From Spirochaetia bacterium (lineage in GTDB: Bacteria; Spirochaetota; Spirochaetia; Sphaerochaetales; Sphaerochaetaceae), in the NCBI GenBank assembly GCA_900769955.1, contig CAAGIP010000211.1, forward strand, positions 252-64,251: 64,000 nt of DNA, read 5' to 3'. Shown here piece after piece: positions 1 through 9,152 of this stretch (the first letter of the stretch is position 1; every line of letters begins with the position of its first letter). A program made the translations under genes and the position numbers. Below the pieces are notes generated by a model. The model was not told the DNA's origin. It ran no database searches and saw only the letters and a program-made list of their open reading frames with translations.

Positions 1-374
1 GCGATCGCAGTGTACGCCTCATCAAGAAGAAGAAGTGCTTCGTATGTCTTTTCATATTTCCTGAGCATTCCAAGCTCCTTTTCCGTGTAGGCCTTGAGTG
101 TATAAAACCTTACAGTTTCCGGATAGAGAGCAAGGGATGCAGATGCAACAGAGCGTGCTTCCTCAAGCTTTCCCTCCGAGGCAAGCGCAAAAGCCCAGTT
201 GTATGAAACGTTCCTGTCCTCAGGATCGGCAGAATATGCCTTTTCGAGAGTAAGGAGCGTTTCAGACTTTGTCTTCCCTGGGGAAGCTGCTTCCTCCTTC
301 AGCGAATCGGAGAAGGTCGCGCATGATGTGAGCAGGCAGATAAGTATCAGATTAACCCAGAACAGTCTTTTCAA
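1..374 (-). CDS. Putative lipoprotein with TPR-like helices, partial (runs off the window start)
   Basis: Not in the ORF track. Hand translation from TTG at 374 gives MKRLFWVNLILICLLTSC-ATFSDSLKEE..., with lipobox LLTSC and a TPR-like segment ADPEDRNVSYNWAFALASEGKLEEA. Overlaps the upp stop. Confidence 0.7.
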   Translation of the reverse strand, partial: MKRLFWVNLILICLLTSCATFSDSLKEEAASPGKTKSETLLTLEKAYSADPEDRNVSYNWAFALASEGKLEEARSVASASLALYPETVRFYTLKAYTEKELGMLRKYEKTYEALLLLDEAYTAI

Positions 375-1404
375 TTTCCCTTACCTGGTCCCTGTAAAGG
401 TTGACTATTGACTGACCGTAGTCGGCAATGAGCTGGATCATGTTTCTCTGCTTTTCCCCGTCAACACCGTTGAGGCGGTCTCCGGCATCACCGAGTCCGG
501 GCAGAATGTATGCCTTTTCATTGAGCACCGGATCCATCCAGAGCGTGTAGATCTCGGCATTGGGAATTGCCCTTGCGATCCTCAGTGCACCCTTGAGTGC
601 GGAAATGACGTTGATGAACTTCACTGATTTCGGTTTCACACCCTGGCTTTCAAGGTACTTGATGATCGTGACGAGTGAGCCGCCGGTAGCATTCATGGGA
701 TCTGCAAAGATAAGATCCTTTCCGTCCAGCTGCTTCAGGTCGAAGAATGATCTGTCAAGATCGAGGACGTAGTCCATGTTCTTTTCCTTTCTTGAGTCAT
801 CCCTTTTGATCCTGAAAAGGGCAAACGGTGTGATGAAGTCATCACTTGAGTAGTCCTGTATTTCCTTTGAGATAATCATGGAAGGAAGGAGTGCACCGCG
901 GAGCATGACGCACATCACGCTGTCATGGATAAGGGAATCCACATCGGGAATGCGGTGTACCGCATAGTTCTGACAGGGAATGCTGACGGGAGTCTTTTCG
1001 ATAAGGGATCTCTTGTTCCTGAGTGCCTTGTCACAGTATGTGTGTGCAAAGAGCATCTCATAAGCCCTCTGAATGTAGTAGAGGAACTCCTCATGCTCTG
1101 TTTCCGGATGGCGGAGTTTTGCGATCAGGCGGGAGGCTGCTCCGTGCTGTTCATCGGGTGTTTCGAAGGAATAGACGTGAACCTGAGGTTCTTTTTCACA
1201 TATGCGCTCAAGCGCATGTCCGATTTCAGCTGCCTTCTCGGTAAGCTTCCTGTCAAGGTCGGAATCTTCAGATGCTTCCTTTTCAGAGCAGATTTCCAGA
1301 TATTGTGTGTAAAGTTCCTGAATGGAGTCAATCAGGGCCTTGTCATTATCGGTAAGATAGCCATCGAGGTCGGTGGCATGAAGTATTACTTTGTTTGACA
1401 TCAT
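352..1404 (-). CDS. upp: Uracil phosphoribosyltransferase, long form with N-terminal extension
   Basis: PRPP-loop ADPMNATGGS, MLRGAL, and C-terminal LNEKAYILPGLGDAGDR UPRTase signature. Confidence 0.9.
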   Translation of the reverse strand: MMSNKVILHATDLDGYLTDNDKALIDSIQELYTQYLEICSEKEASEDSDLDRKLTEKAAEIGHALERICEKEPQVHVYSFETPDEQHGAASRLIAKLRHPETEHEEFLYYIQRAYEMLFAHTYCDKALRNKRSLIEKTPVSIPCQNYAVHRIPDVDSLIHDSVMCVMLRGALLPSMIISKEIQDYSSDDFITPFALFRIKRDDSRKEKNMDYVLDLDRSFFDLKQLDGKDLIFADPMNATGGSLVTIIKYLESQGVKPKSVKFINVISALKGALRIARAIPNAEIYTLWMDPVLNEKAYILPGLGDAGDRLNGVDGEKQRNMIQLIADYGQSIVNLYRDQVREIEKTVLG

Positions 1405-1520
1405 TAATCCTCGCTTGTTCCAATATAAATGAAAAGGTGAACTTTAACCACAACATTCTTTTACTAAAAGAAACATTTTGCTATCATTGAATTCATCTTT
1501 TAACTAATAGAGGCCACAAT

Positions 1521-2150
1521 ATGAATCTGGTATTTTTAGGCCCTCCGGGAGCCGGAAAGGGCACAATTGCAAAGGAAGCCAAGGTTTTCTACTCAATCCC
1601 CCACATCTCCACCGGTGATCTCTTCAGGGCAGAGCAGGAAAAGGGCAGTGAACTGGGAAACAAGGTTAAGGCCATCATCGCCAGCGGTGAGCTTGTTCCC
1701 GATGAAATCACGATCGAGATGGTCAGACAGCGCCTCAGCCAGGATGACACCAAAAACGGATTCATCCTTGACGGCTTTCCCCGCACCATCGCACAGGCAG
1801 ATGCACTTGCAAAGATCACTGATCTCGACTATGTCGTGAACTTCGTTGTTGACAGGGATGCCGTCATAAAGAGAATCAGCGGCAGAAGATTCTGCAAGAG
1901 CACCGGAAGGACATACCACGTAATCTACAATCCTCCCAAGGTTGAAGGAATCGATGATGAGACCGGAGAGCCCCTTTATCAGAGAGAGGACGATGCTCCG
2001 GAAAGAGTTGCCACAAGACTTGAGGTCTATGAGAAGTCGACGGCTCCTCTTATCGCATACTACCGCGAAAAAGGCCTTCTTGTTGATGTTGATGCATCTC
2101 CCGCACCGGAAACAGTGCTTGAAACAATGAAGAAAGCCCTTACAAAATAA
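1521..2150 (+). CDS. adk: Adenylate kinase
   Basis: GPPGAGKGT P-loop, HISTGDLFR, GFILDGFPRT, QREDD; SD-like AGAGG upstream. Confidence 0.97.
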   Translation: MNLVFLGPPGAGKGTIAKEAKVFYSIPHISTGDLFRAEQEKGSELGNKVKAIIASGELVPDEITIEMVRQRLSQDDTKNGFILDGFPRTIAQADALAKITDLDYVVNFVVDRDAVIKRISGRRFCKSTGRTYHVIYNPPKVEGIDDETGEPLYQREDDAPERVATRLEVYEKSTAPLIAYYREKGLLVDVDASPAPETVLETMKKALTK

Positions 2151-2163
2151 TAATCAAAGGTAT

Positions 2164-2193
2164 AAAATACCCTCCGACGGAGGGTATTTTTTT
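2164..2193 (+). terminator. Intrinsic terminator after adk
   Basis: AAAATACCCTCC-GAC-GGAGGGTATTTT followed by further T's. Confidence 0.85.
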
Positions 2194-2194
2194 C

Positions 2195-4036
2195 ATGTTC
2201 AGTGATATTGTTTTCAGCCAGGTTTCGAGAGAGTACGTTTCTCCTCTCTTCCCGAAGGAAGGTGAAAAAGTCGTTTTAAGCCTTTATCATACAGCAGAAT
2301 TGGGAAGTGTATCGGTTTTTACAAACAGGATGGGACTTGAGTGGCGCTATGATATGAAAAAGGACGGTGACTATTACAGGGGAGAAGTCATAGCTCCTTA
2401 TGCACCTGAAGTACTCCGCTACTACTTCGCATTTGAATATGAAGAGAGGTTCTGCTATTACTCAAAAAGGGGAGTGACCATATTCCCTCCTGCTGCAAAG
2501 GATCACTTCACCGTCAATCCGACAAACACATCACCTCACTACATCGCATCATCCACGTGCTATCAGATATTCCCCGACAGATTTTTCAACGGGGATGAAT
2601 CAAATGACGTGAAGGACGGTGAGTACACATTCAACGGCGGAACGGTATCCGCACACACATTCGATGAAATTCCTGAAGATTACCAAAAGGCAAGATGCGT
2701 TGACTTCTTCAACGGCGATCTAAAGGGAATTGAGGAAAAGCTTCCCTATCTCAAGGAGCTCGGCATCACTCTTCTTTACATCAACCCCATCATGAGAAGC
2801 AGGACTGTTCACCGCTTTGACTGCATCGACTACTTCAATGTCGATGAGAAGCTTGGCGGAAATGAGGCCCTTATCTCACTTACTGAAAAAGCCCATGAGA
2901 TGGGAATAAGAATCGTGATCGACATTTCAATAAACCATACGGGAAGTGATCATGAGTGGTTTAAAAAGGCCAAGAGTGATCCTTCATCCCCTGAAGCCGC
3001 ATATTACTACAGAAATGATGACGGAAGTTTCCTCGTCTGGCAGGGAGTGGACACACTTCCACAGCTCAACTATCACAGCGAGGAGCTGAGGGACGCTGTG
3101 TACAGAAAGGAAGGATCAGCCATGCAGAAGTTCCTTCTTCCGCCTTACTCCATTGACGGATGGCGTCTTGATGTAGCACCCGAGCTTGGAAGGACGGAAA
3201 CAGATCAGCTGTGCAAACAGGTGTGGAGGGAAGTCAGAACATCCCTCAGAAAGGTCAAACCCGATCTCTACCTTGTGGGTGAGGACTGGAACGATGCATC
3301 TGAGTACATGACAGGTGATATGTGGGACGGAACGATGAACTACTACTGTTCATCAAGGCCTTTAAGGTCCTGGATGGGGGAGCGGGACCGCTTCCTTTCC
3401 TCAGGATGGGGACACTCACCTGAGAAGGAAAAGCATCCATACGATGCATATGAGCTTGCATCAGCGCTCACCGACAGCATGAATGCACTTCCCGATCACT
3501 CAAGATTCTTCCAGATGAACCTCATCGACAGCCATGACACACCGCGCCTTCATAACAACAGTGAAGTATATGACGAGGATATTTACAAAGGCTGCGTGAT
3601 GGCCCTCTACATGCTTCCCGGAATGCCGAATGTCTACTACGGTGATGAGATATCGATCGGAGGAAAGATGGGGTCTGTCGAAGCTTCACGTTACCCAATG
3701 GTCTGGGATGAAAATAAGTGGAACAGGGGAATGCTTGAGGTTCATAAGAAGCTTGGAAGACTGAGACTTAATAACGATGATCTTGCATTTGCTTCTTTCT
3801 GGTGCTTTCCGCTTTCCAGAGAAAGTCTTGTGATAATGAGAAAAGGACTTGAAAAGTGCTATCTTCTCTTCATGAACAAAGCAGATGAAGCCAGGACGCA
3901 CACATTCACCCATGAAATGCTGAAAGGTTATACAGAAGCAGAGGATATCTTCTCAGGTGAGAAGACATCACTCTCAGGCATCACTGTTTCAGTAAGACTG
4001 GAAGCAAATAAGAGTACGGTAGTGGTGCTTCACTAA
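2195..4036 (+). CDS. GH13 alpha-amylase family (maltodextrin glucosidase/neopullulanase-like)
   Basis: YQIFPDRF, GDLKGI, DISINH, catalytic motifs DGWRLDVA, GEDW and SHD, YYGDE. Confidence 0.9.
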   Translation: MFSDIVFSQVSREYVSPLFPKEGEKVVLSLYHTAELGSVSVFTNRMGLEWRYDMKKDGDYYRGEVIAPYAPEVLRYYFAFEYEERFCYYSKRGVTIFPPAAKDHFTVNPTNTSPHYIASSTCYQIFPDRFFNGDESNDVKDGEYTFNGGTVSAHTFDEIPEDYQKARCVDFFNGDLKGIEEKLPYLKELGITLLYINPIMRSRTVHRFDCIDYFNVDEKLGGNEALISLTEKAHEMGIRIVIDISINHTGSDHEWFKKAKSDPSSPEAAYYYRNDDGSFLVWQGVDTLPQLNYHSEELRDAVYRKEGSAMQKFLLPPYSIDGWRLDVAPELGRTETDQLCKQVWREVRTSLRKVKPDLYLVGEDWNDASEYMTGDMWDGTMNYYCSSRPLRSWMGERDRFLSSGWGHSPEKEKHPYDAYELASALTDSMNALPDHSRFFQMNLIDSHDTPRLHNNSEVYDEDIYKGCVMALYMLPGMPNVYYGDEISIGGKMGSVEASRYPMVWDENKWNRGMLEVHKKLGRLRLNNDDLAFASFWCFPLSRESLVIMRKGLEKCYLLFMNKADEARTHTFTHEMLKGYTEAEDIFSGEKTSLSGITVSVRLEANKSTVVVLH

Positions 4037-5133
4037 AGTGAAGTCACCGTTACCGTTATGGTGTCTGTATATGTTCCGGCTGGTGCATTCAGCAGAACAT
4101 TCTGCCCTGAAAAACTGAAATAAACACCGATTTTTCCGATTCCGAATGTTTTCAGATCAGATAACACATAGTAGGTTTCATTACCTGCCAGAGTAAGATC
4201 AGAGTAACTCAGTATCTCCGTTATGAGAGAATATGGAAGCCTGTTTCCCGTATCTGCATCGGTCAGGGCTCCACCGGAAGATATTGATATCTGATATCGG
4301 TACAGATTTCCGTAATCCTTTACGGATGATGAACCATCACTGTTTATTACTGAAAACCTGATCTGTGTTACAGATGTTTTTCCATAACTTGCCAGCACTC
4401 TGTTGAAATCAAGATTGTATGTATTTTGGTCAAGTTCTGTACCTGTATATGGGTCAATGAAATCTGTCATTAATATGGGATTCACAGGATTTACTATCTG
4501 ATTTTTATCAGTACTTACTCCAGGAACCATTCCATTTTCAGTATTCACATGGGGTGTTGAACCTGTTATATTGACTTTGGTTTTATTATCATTTGTCTGA
4601 ACTATCCCATTAACAGTAAGTTTAAAGTTTCTATCTTTGATGTAAATATTATCGACGGTTATTTTAGGAAGTGTACCGGACTCAAGTTTATAGATACCAT
4701 TTAATTTCGTTATATCCTTGTCTACCTTCAGATATATTTTCAGAAAGCATTCCTGACCATTCTGTTTTGCAACTTTGATATTAATACCGCTCTCGCTGTC
4801 GTAAGTGTCATACCTGAACCTGGTGTCTCCATCCCATGTATAAAAAAGATCAAAGGTCAGTTCTTCATTATTTTTGTTGTCAACATTACCTACAAATATA
4901 ACATCTTTATAAACATCGGGCCTTGAAAAATTAATATCAAAAGTTGAGTTGTTGCTTGCAATGACTGAGAAATATCCGAGAAGAATACCTGATTTACCAT
5001 TCACTCCGGGGATTGCTTCAAGTACCATTTCGCTAACGGGAGTTTGGTGATAAACTATATCAGCGCCTGAAGCTGAAAGTGATAAGACAGATATTGTCAA
5101 TGACAGGAAAAGAGCTGTGATTTTCTTACTCAT
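4033..5133 (-). CDS. Secreted hypothetical protein, beta-rich, with a pilin-like C-terminus; AT-rich
   Basis: Signal peptide MSKKITALFLSLTISVLSLSA; ends APAGTYTDTITVTVTSL; visibly lower GC than the flanks. Confidence 0.7.
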   Translation of the reverse strand: MSKKITALFLSLTISVLSLSASGADIVYHQTPVSEMVLEAIPGVNGKSGILLGYFSVIASNNSTFDINFSRPDVYKDVIFVGNVDNKNNEELTFDLFYTWDGDTRFRYDTYDSESGINIKVAKQNGQECFLKIYLKVDKDITKLNGIYKLESGTLPKITVDNIYIKDRNFKLTVNGIVQTNDNKTKVNITGSTPHVNTENGMVPGVSTDKNQIVNPVNPILMTDFIDPYTGTELDQNTYNLDFNRVLASYGKTSVTQIRFSVINSDGSSSVKDYGNLYRYQISISSGGALTDADTGNRLPYSLITEILSYSDLTLAGNETYYVLSDLKTFGIGKIGVYFSFSGQNVLLNAPAGTYTDTITVTVTSL

Positions 5134-5160
5134 GTCTTAAGTATATCGAATATTTTCGAT

Positions 5161-5191
5161 AAAAAAAAGGTCAGGATAAATTTCCTGACCT
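5161..5191 (-). terminator. Intrinsic terminator downstream of tRNA-Val
   Basis: GGTCAGGA/TCCTGACC stem followed by an 8-T run on the minus strand. Confidence 0.85.
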
Positions 5192-5194
5192 GAG

Positions 5195-5266
5195 TGGAGG
5201 ATATAAGGATTGAACTTATGACATCCTGCTTGTAAGGCAGGCGCTCTCCCGCTGAGCTAATCCTCC
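5195..5266 (-). tRNA. tRNA-Val(TAC), CCA not encoded
   Basis: Reverse complement GGAGGATTAGCTCAGCGGGAGAGCGCCTGCCTTACAAGCAGGATGTCATAAGTTCAATCCTTATATCCTCCA folds as a cloverleaf with anticodon TAC. Confidence 0.96.
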
Positions 5267-5450
5267 GTTCATCTGTTCAACAGACTCAGATTTTATACCA
5301 GTTTGATGGAAAATAATCAAGTGAGTTTGTGGAAAAATTTGCATTATTTGATGGGTTTATGCAGTAAAGTGTGACAATGACAGTAATTAGTTACAAAAAG
5401 AAACCTTGACACAAAGGGATATTTTGTTCATTTTTCATTCAGAGGATAAT

Positions 5451-6263
5451 ATGTGGACGCTTGATACATTCATTATTTCTTTTTTCATTTACAGCTTCAT
5501 CGGCTGGTGCTGTGAGGTTGTTTACTGTTCAGTACCCAAGAAAAGATTCGTGAACAGGGGATTTCTGTTCGGACCATATCTTCCGATCTACGGTTCCGGT
5601 GCGATGGTCGTGCTGACGCTTTTAAGACCGTTTCATGACAGATGGTACCTTGTATTCATATTCGGTGTGCTTTCCACAAGCCTTATCGAATATGTCACTT
5701 CCTGGGCACTTGAAAAGATCTTCAGGGTAAAGCTCTGGGACTATTCAAACCACCCGATAAACATTAACGGAAGGGTGTGCGAACTCAATTCGACGCTCTT
5801 CGGACTTCTGTCCCTGTTTCTTGTATATGTTGCCGATAAACCCGTACAGGCTCAGGTTGCGAAGATACCTGAGTTCTGGCTTGAGCCGGTTGCAATGCTC
5901 ATTGTCGCGATCCTCTCCGCTGATTTCGCCACATCCGTTGTCAAGATGAGCGCATTCAGGAAGGCTGTTGATGAATTCAACAGGGTCAAGAGTGAGTATG
6001 AAGCGCGTATTAAGGCAATGGTTGAGGAAAATCAGGAGAATGTCGCATTCCTGCGTGAACGCCTTGCCCATGATCTTGAAGCCGTCAGAAACAGGTCATA
6101 TAAAAATACAAAGCGAATATTCAACTCCAACCCGTCCATTTCCGGTAATGAGGATATGAAGCAGAACCTGCAGAATATCAGACGCAGTATTGAGGAAAGG
6201 ACGCAGAAGCTTAAGGAGCTGAAGCTTAAGAGAAAGGCTGAAAAACATGGTAAATCTAACTGA
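5451..6263 (+). CDS. Membrane protein of the putative ABC-transporter permease CmpB/TMEM229 (DUF1113) family with a coiled-coil tail
   Basis: YSFIGWCCE, RGFLFGPYLPIYG, LWDYS..NINGRVC. ATG 5451 chosen because AGAGGA precedes it; the track start at 5406 is the TTG of a TTGACA box. Confidence 0.8.
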   Translation: MWTLDTFIISFFIYSFIGWCCEVVYCSVPKKRFVNRGFLFGPYLPIYGSGAMVVLTLLRPFHDRWYLVFIFGVLSTSLIEYVTSWALEKIFRVKLWDYSNHPININGRVCELNSTLFGLLSLFLVYVADKPVQAQVAKIPEFWLEPVAMLIVAILSADFATSVVKMSAFRKAVDEFNRVKSEYEARIKAMVEENQENVAFLRERLAHDLEAVRNRSYKNTKRIFNSNPSISGNEDMKQNLQNIRRSIEERTQKLKELKLKRKAEKHGKSN

Positions 6264-6918
6264 GGTAAGAAACGAAATAAAGAATCATGCACCGTCAGTG
6301 GAACTGATGGCAGTAAGCAAGACACATCCATATGAGGCCGTGCTTGAGTGCTATGAACTTGGACAGCGCCTCTTCGGGGAAAACAGGGTTCAGGAAATCG
6401 CTGAGAAGTTCCCGCCCAAAGCCGAAAGACCTGAGGGAATGTATGTTGCTCTGATCGGACACCTTCAGTCGAATAAGGTAAAGAAGGTTCTTCCGCTTGT
6501 TGACAGGATCGACAGCGTCGATTCCGTCTCCCTCATGGATAAGCTTGAGAAGGAGCTTGCATCAACAGACCGTGTTTTCGATATTCTCTTAGAGGTAAAT
6601 GCATCGGGTGAAGAGCAGAAGAGCGGCTTTGAAAGTGATGAGGATGTTTTCAGGGCAGTTAAACATCTTGCGGAGGTGCCTCATCTTAACCTTATGGGAC
6701 TAATGACCGTAGGACCGCTCGGAAATGACAGTGACGCCAATATCAGATGTTTTTCACATGTGAAGCAGCTTTATGATAAGATAAGGGATGAATATGGCAT
6801 CCCGCTTTCTGTGCTCTCGATGGGAATGAGCGGGGACTGGAAGGAAGCATGCGAGTGCGGGTCCACAGAAGTCAGGATAGGGACTGCCATCTTCGGAAAA
6901 CGGAGTTATGATGTTTAA
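6247..6918 (+). CDS. yggS: YggS/PLPBP family pyridoxal-phosphate homeostasis protein
   Basis: AVSKT, FGENRVQE, IGHLQSNK, LSMGMSGD, VRIGTAIFG. Confidence 0.95.
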   Translation: MVNLTEVRNEIKNHAPSVELMAVSKTHPYEAVLECYELGQRLFGENRVQEIAEKFPPKAERPEGMYVALIGHLQSNKVKKVLPLVDRIDSVDSVSLMDKLEKELASTDRVFDILLEVNASGEEQKSGFESDEDVFRAVKHLAEVPHLNLMGLMTVGPLGNDSDANIRCFSHVKQLYDKIRDEYGIPLSVLSMGMSGDWKEACECGSTEVRIGTAIFGKRSYDV

Positions 6919-7240
6919 AAAGCTTATCCTCATCACCATAATTGTCTCTCTCGTGATCTCTCCCGTTTTTGCGGAAGCTGAGCTTTCCTATGAACCTTAT
7001 GGTGAGAAGGAGTTCCCGATCTGGACGATGAAGCTTCGCAGGGCAGAGTCGATTTTCTTCGGGTCCATGGTGCTTACGCTTCCATTAACATCTCTTGTAT
7101 GGTCGCTATGCGAAAACGGCGGGATAATACCGAGAATGGATAATCCCATGAACCGTTTCTTCGCACAGGCCGGTGTTGCTTCCCTGCTTTCTGTGGGTAT
7201 TTCGACTGCTGACTGGATAATAGGCGAGGTGCAGTCTTGA
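6908..7240 (+). CDS. Hypothetical membrane protein
   Basis: Signal peptide and two hydrophobic segments; overlaps both neighbours, as in an operon. Confidence 0.7.
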   Translation: MMFKKLILITIIVSLVISPVFAEAELSYEPYGEKEFPIWTMKLRRAESIFFGSMVLTLPLTSLVWSLCENGGIIPRMDNPMNRFFAQAGVASLLSVGISTADWIIGEVQS

Positions 7241-8154
7241 AAGAGGAAAAGTGCATAACCTTTACGAGTTTGTTTTCAGGACGTGTTGACAGGGCTTCAG
7301 AGGAAATACCGAGAAGTGTCTTTTCCCTTCCTGATACAGTCATCACCGTGAACGGAAGACCTGTGAAAAAGAGTCAGAAGGTAAAGGAAGGGGACAGTGT
7401 AACCGTCAAATGGACAGAGGATGTCTTTTCCGGTCTCGAGGCTGAGGAAATCCACCTTGATGTAATCTATGAGGATGACTCGATTCTGGTTATCAATAAG
7501 CCATCCGGAATGACGGTTCATCCCGGTGCGGGATGCAGCAGCGGAACTGTTGCAAACGCACTTGTTTACCGTTACGGGGATGATTTTCAGACTCAGGATG
7601 ATGAGGATGCAGAGCTTCGTCCCGGAATTGTCCACAGACTCGATAAGGACACCAGCGGGGTGCTGATCACGGCAAAGACAAGGGAAGCGCATATTGCGCT
7701 TGCCTCTCAGTTTGCATCCCATACCAACGAAAAGATTTACATTGCCATCTGCAAGGGTAATTTTGAAAGAAGAAGGGGTACTGTCACAAAAAACATTGTC
7801 AGAAGTGACAAAAACAGGAAGACCTTCAACGTAACTGACAATCCGGAAAAGGGAAGAACGGCAATAACGCATTACACTGTCTTAAGACAGTTCCTGGGTT
7901 ATGCATTCGTGCGCATCAGGATCGAAACAGGAAGGACACACCAGATAAGGGTGCATATGAAGAGTATCGGACATCCCGTTCTGGGAGACCCGATATACTC
8001 AAGACCAGACGATAAATTTGACGTTCCCCTCTGTCTTCATGCCGCATCGCTTACGGTCGACCATCCGGTAACAGGGGAGAGGATGACCTTCAGGGCTAAG
8101 CTTTCAGCTCACATCAGGAATACTGTGCTTGAACTTATCAGGAGAGGAATTTAA
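7237..8154 (+). CDS. rluD: RluA-family pseudouridine synthase with S4 domain (RluD-like)
   Basis: VINKPSGMTVHP, GIVHRLDKDTSG, ETGRTHQIRVH, LCLHA. Confidence 0.9.
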   Translation: MKEEKCITFTSLFSGRVDRASEEIPRSVFSLPDTVITVNGRPVKKSQKVKEGDSVTVKWTEDVFSGLEAEEIHLDVIYEDDSILVINKPSGMTVHPGAGCSSGTVANALVYRYGDDFQTQDDEDAELRPGIVHRLDKDTSGVLITAKTREAHIALASQFASHTNEKIYIAICKGNFERRRGTVTKNIVRSDKNRKTFNVTDNPEKGRTAITHYTVLRQFLGYAFVRIRIETGRTHQIRVHMKSIGHPVLGDPIYSRPDDKFDVPLCLHAASLTVDHPVTGERMTFRAKLSAHIRNTVLELIRRGI

Positions 8155-8686
8155 AGCGTTTTTCGATTTCCACTGTCGAAACAGGACCGTGAGCAGGGTA
8201 TATGACTGTTTCGTCGGGAAGGGCGTAAAGTTTTTCCTTTATTCCTTTCAGAAGCACTTTCCCATTTCTGATTGTCCCTGCTGAGCCGGGGCGTACATCA
8301 CCTGTGAATGCATGGCCGTCAATAACGTAGACAAGGCTGTCTGCACTGTGACCCGGTATATGTATTACCGATGCTGAGATGCTTCCGCACTCAAAATGAT
8401 TATTGCCGTACAGGCTTTCGGTAATAATTCCCTGTACGGAGGGAAGGCACGCATATACTGCGGGTGTATAGATATGCATCAGTTTCTTCAGTCCGCATGC
8501 ATGATTATCATGGGCATGGGTGATGAAAACCCCTTTGAGGGAGTACTTTCCCTTTTCGATGAAGTTTATCATGTTCATGTCCACATCGGTGCAGTCGATC
8601 AATACCGCATCCCTGCTGTCATCGTCCGTAACTATGTAGTTTGTGGTTAATCCCTTCGTATGGAAGAATGGTGTGACTTTGATCAT
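8138..8686 (-). CDS. MBL-fold metallo-hydrolase (glyoxalase II-like)
   Basis: THAHDNH, PGHS, FTGD, YPAHG. Confidence 0.85.
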   Translation of the reverse strand: MIKVTPFFHTKGLTTNYIVTDDDSRDAVLIDCTDVDMNMINFIEKGKYSLKGVFITHAHDNHACGLKKLMHIYTPAVYACLPSVQGIITESLYGNNHFECGSISASVIHIPGHSADSLVYVIDGHAFTGDVRPGSAGTIRNGKVLLKGIKEKLYALPDETVIYPAHGPVSTVEIEKRFKFLS

Positions 8687-9087
8687 TTCACATCTCCGTC
8701 AAAGAATGCTTCATCTGGATCTGAATAGCGGAATGAAAGGTTTTCCAGCTTAGAGGCCCTGAAGTCAGAACGCTTCAGCGAGCAGTCCTCAAACTTCGTG
8801 TTAATGATATCGGAGTGGGTGAAGTCAGTAAAAAATATATCAGAAGAGGAAAAGTCCGAGTCCATTACGGTGCAACCTTTAAATGAGGTGACAAGTATGG
8901 ATGAGCCGGTAAACGAGCAGTTTCTGAACACCGATTGTCCGAAAAGCGCATAGCGGATATCCGCATCATGGAAGGTGCATTTTTCGAAGGTGCATCTGAT
9001 AAAATGTGCATCAAGAAATGATGCTGTGTCAAAACTGATGTCCTTAAAGATTTTACCTTTAATTCTTGCGTGTACCGTCTCTGTCAT
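8683..9087 (-). CDS. Pentapeptide repeat protein
   Basis: Tandem [ACS]xFxx pentamers (ASFLD AHFIR CTFEK CTFHD ADIRY ...). Confidence 0.88.
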   Translation of the reverse strand: MTETVHARIKGKIFKDISFDTASFLDAHFIRCTFEKCTFHDADIRYALFGQSVFRNCSFTGSSILVTSFKGCTVMDSDFSSSDIFFTDFTHSDIINTKFEDCSLKRSDFRASKLENLSFRYSDPDEAFFDGDVK

Positions 9088-9093
9088 GATGCG

Positions 9094-9145
9094 ACTTTAT
9101 TACCTTTGCCATGTGTTGTCAACTTAAGGCGTTACGGGTTAAAAT
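9094..9145. promoter_or_regulatory. Back-to-back sigma70 promoters sharing a -35 core (pentapeptide gene / rsgA), both apparently leaderless
   Basis: Minus: TTGACA(9122-9117)-17-TAAAGT(9099-9094)-6-ATG 9087. Plus: TTGTCA(9116-9121)-18-TAAAAT(9140-9145)-7-ATG 9153. Confidence 0.75.
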
Positions 9146-9152
9146 CGCTCTT

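Noticed and set aside
4000..5266. att-site duplication of the tRNA-Val 3' end (and likewise of the tmRNA 3' end near 50970)
   Set aside because: I found no second copy of either 3' end by eye, so these are not called integrative elements.
8683..9087. Qnr-type quinolone resistance gene
   Set aside because: Only 134 aa, in housekeeping context, with no specific Qnr similarity recognised.
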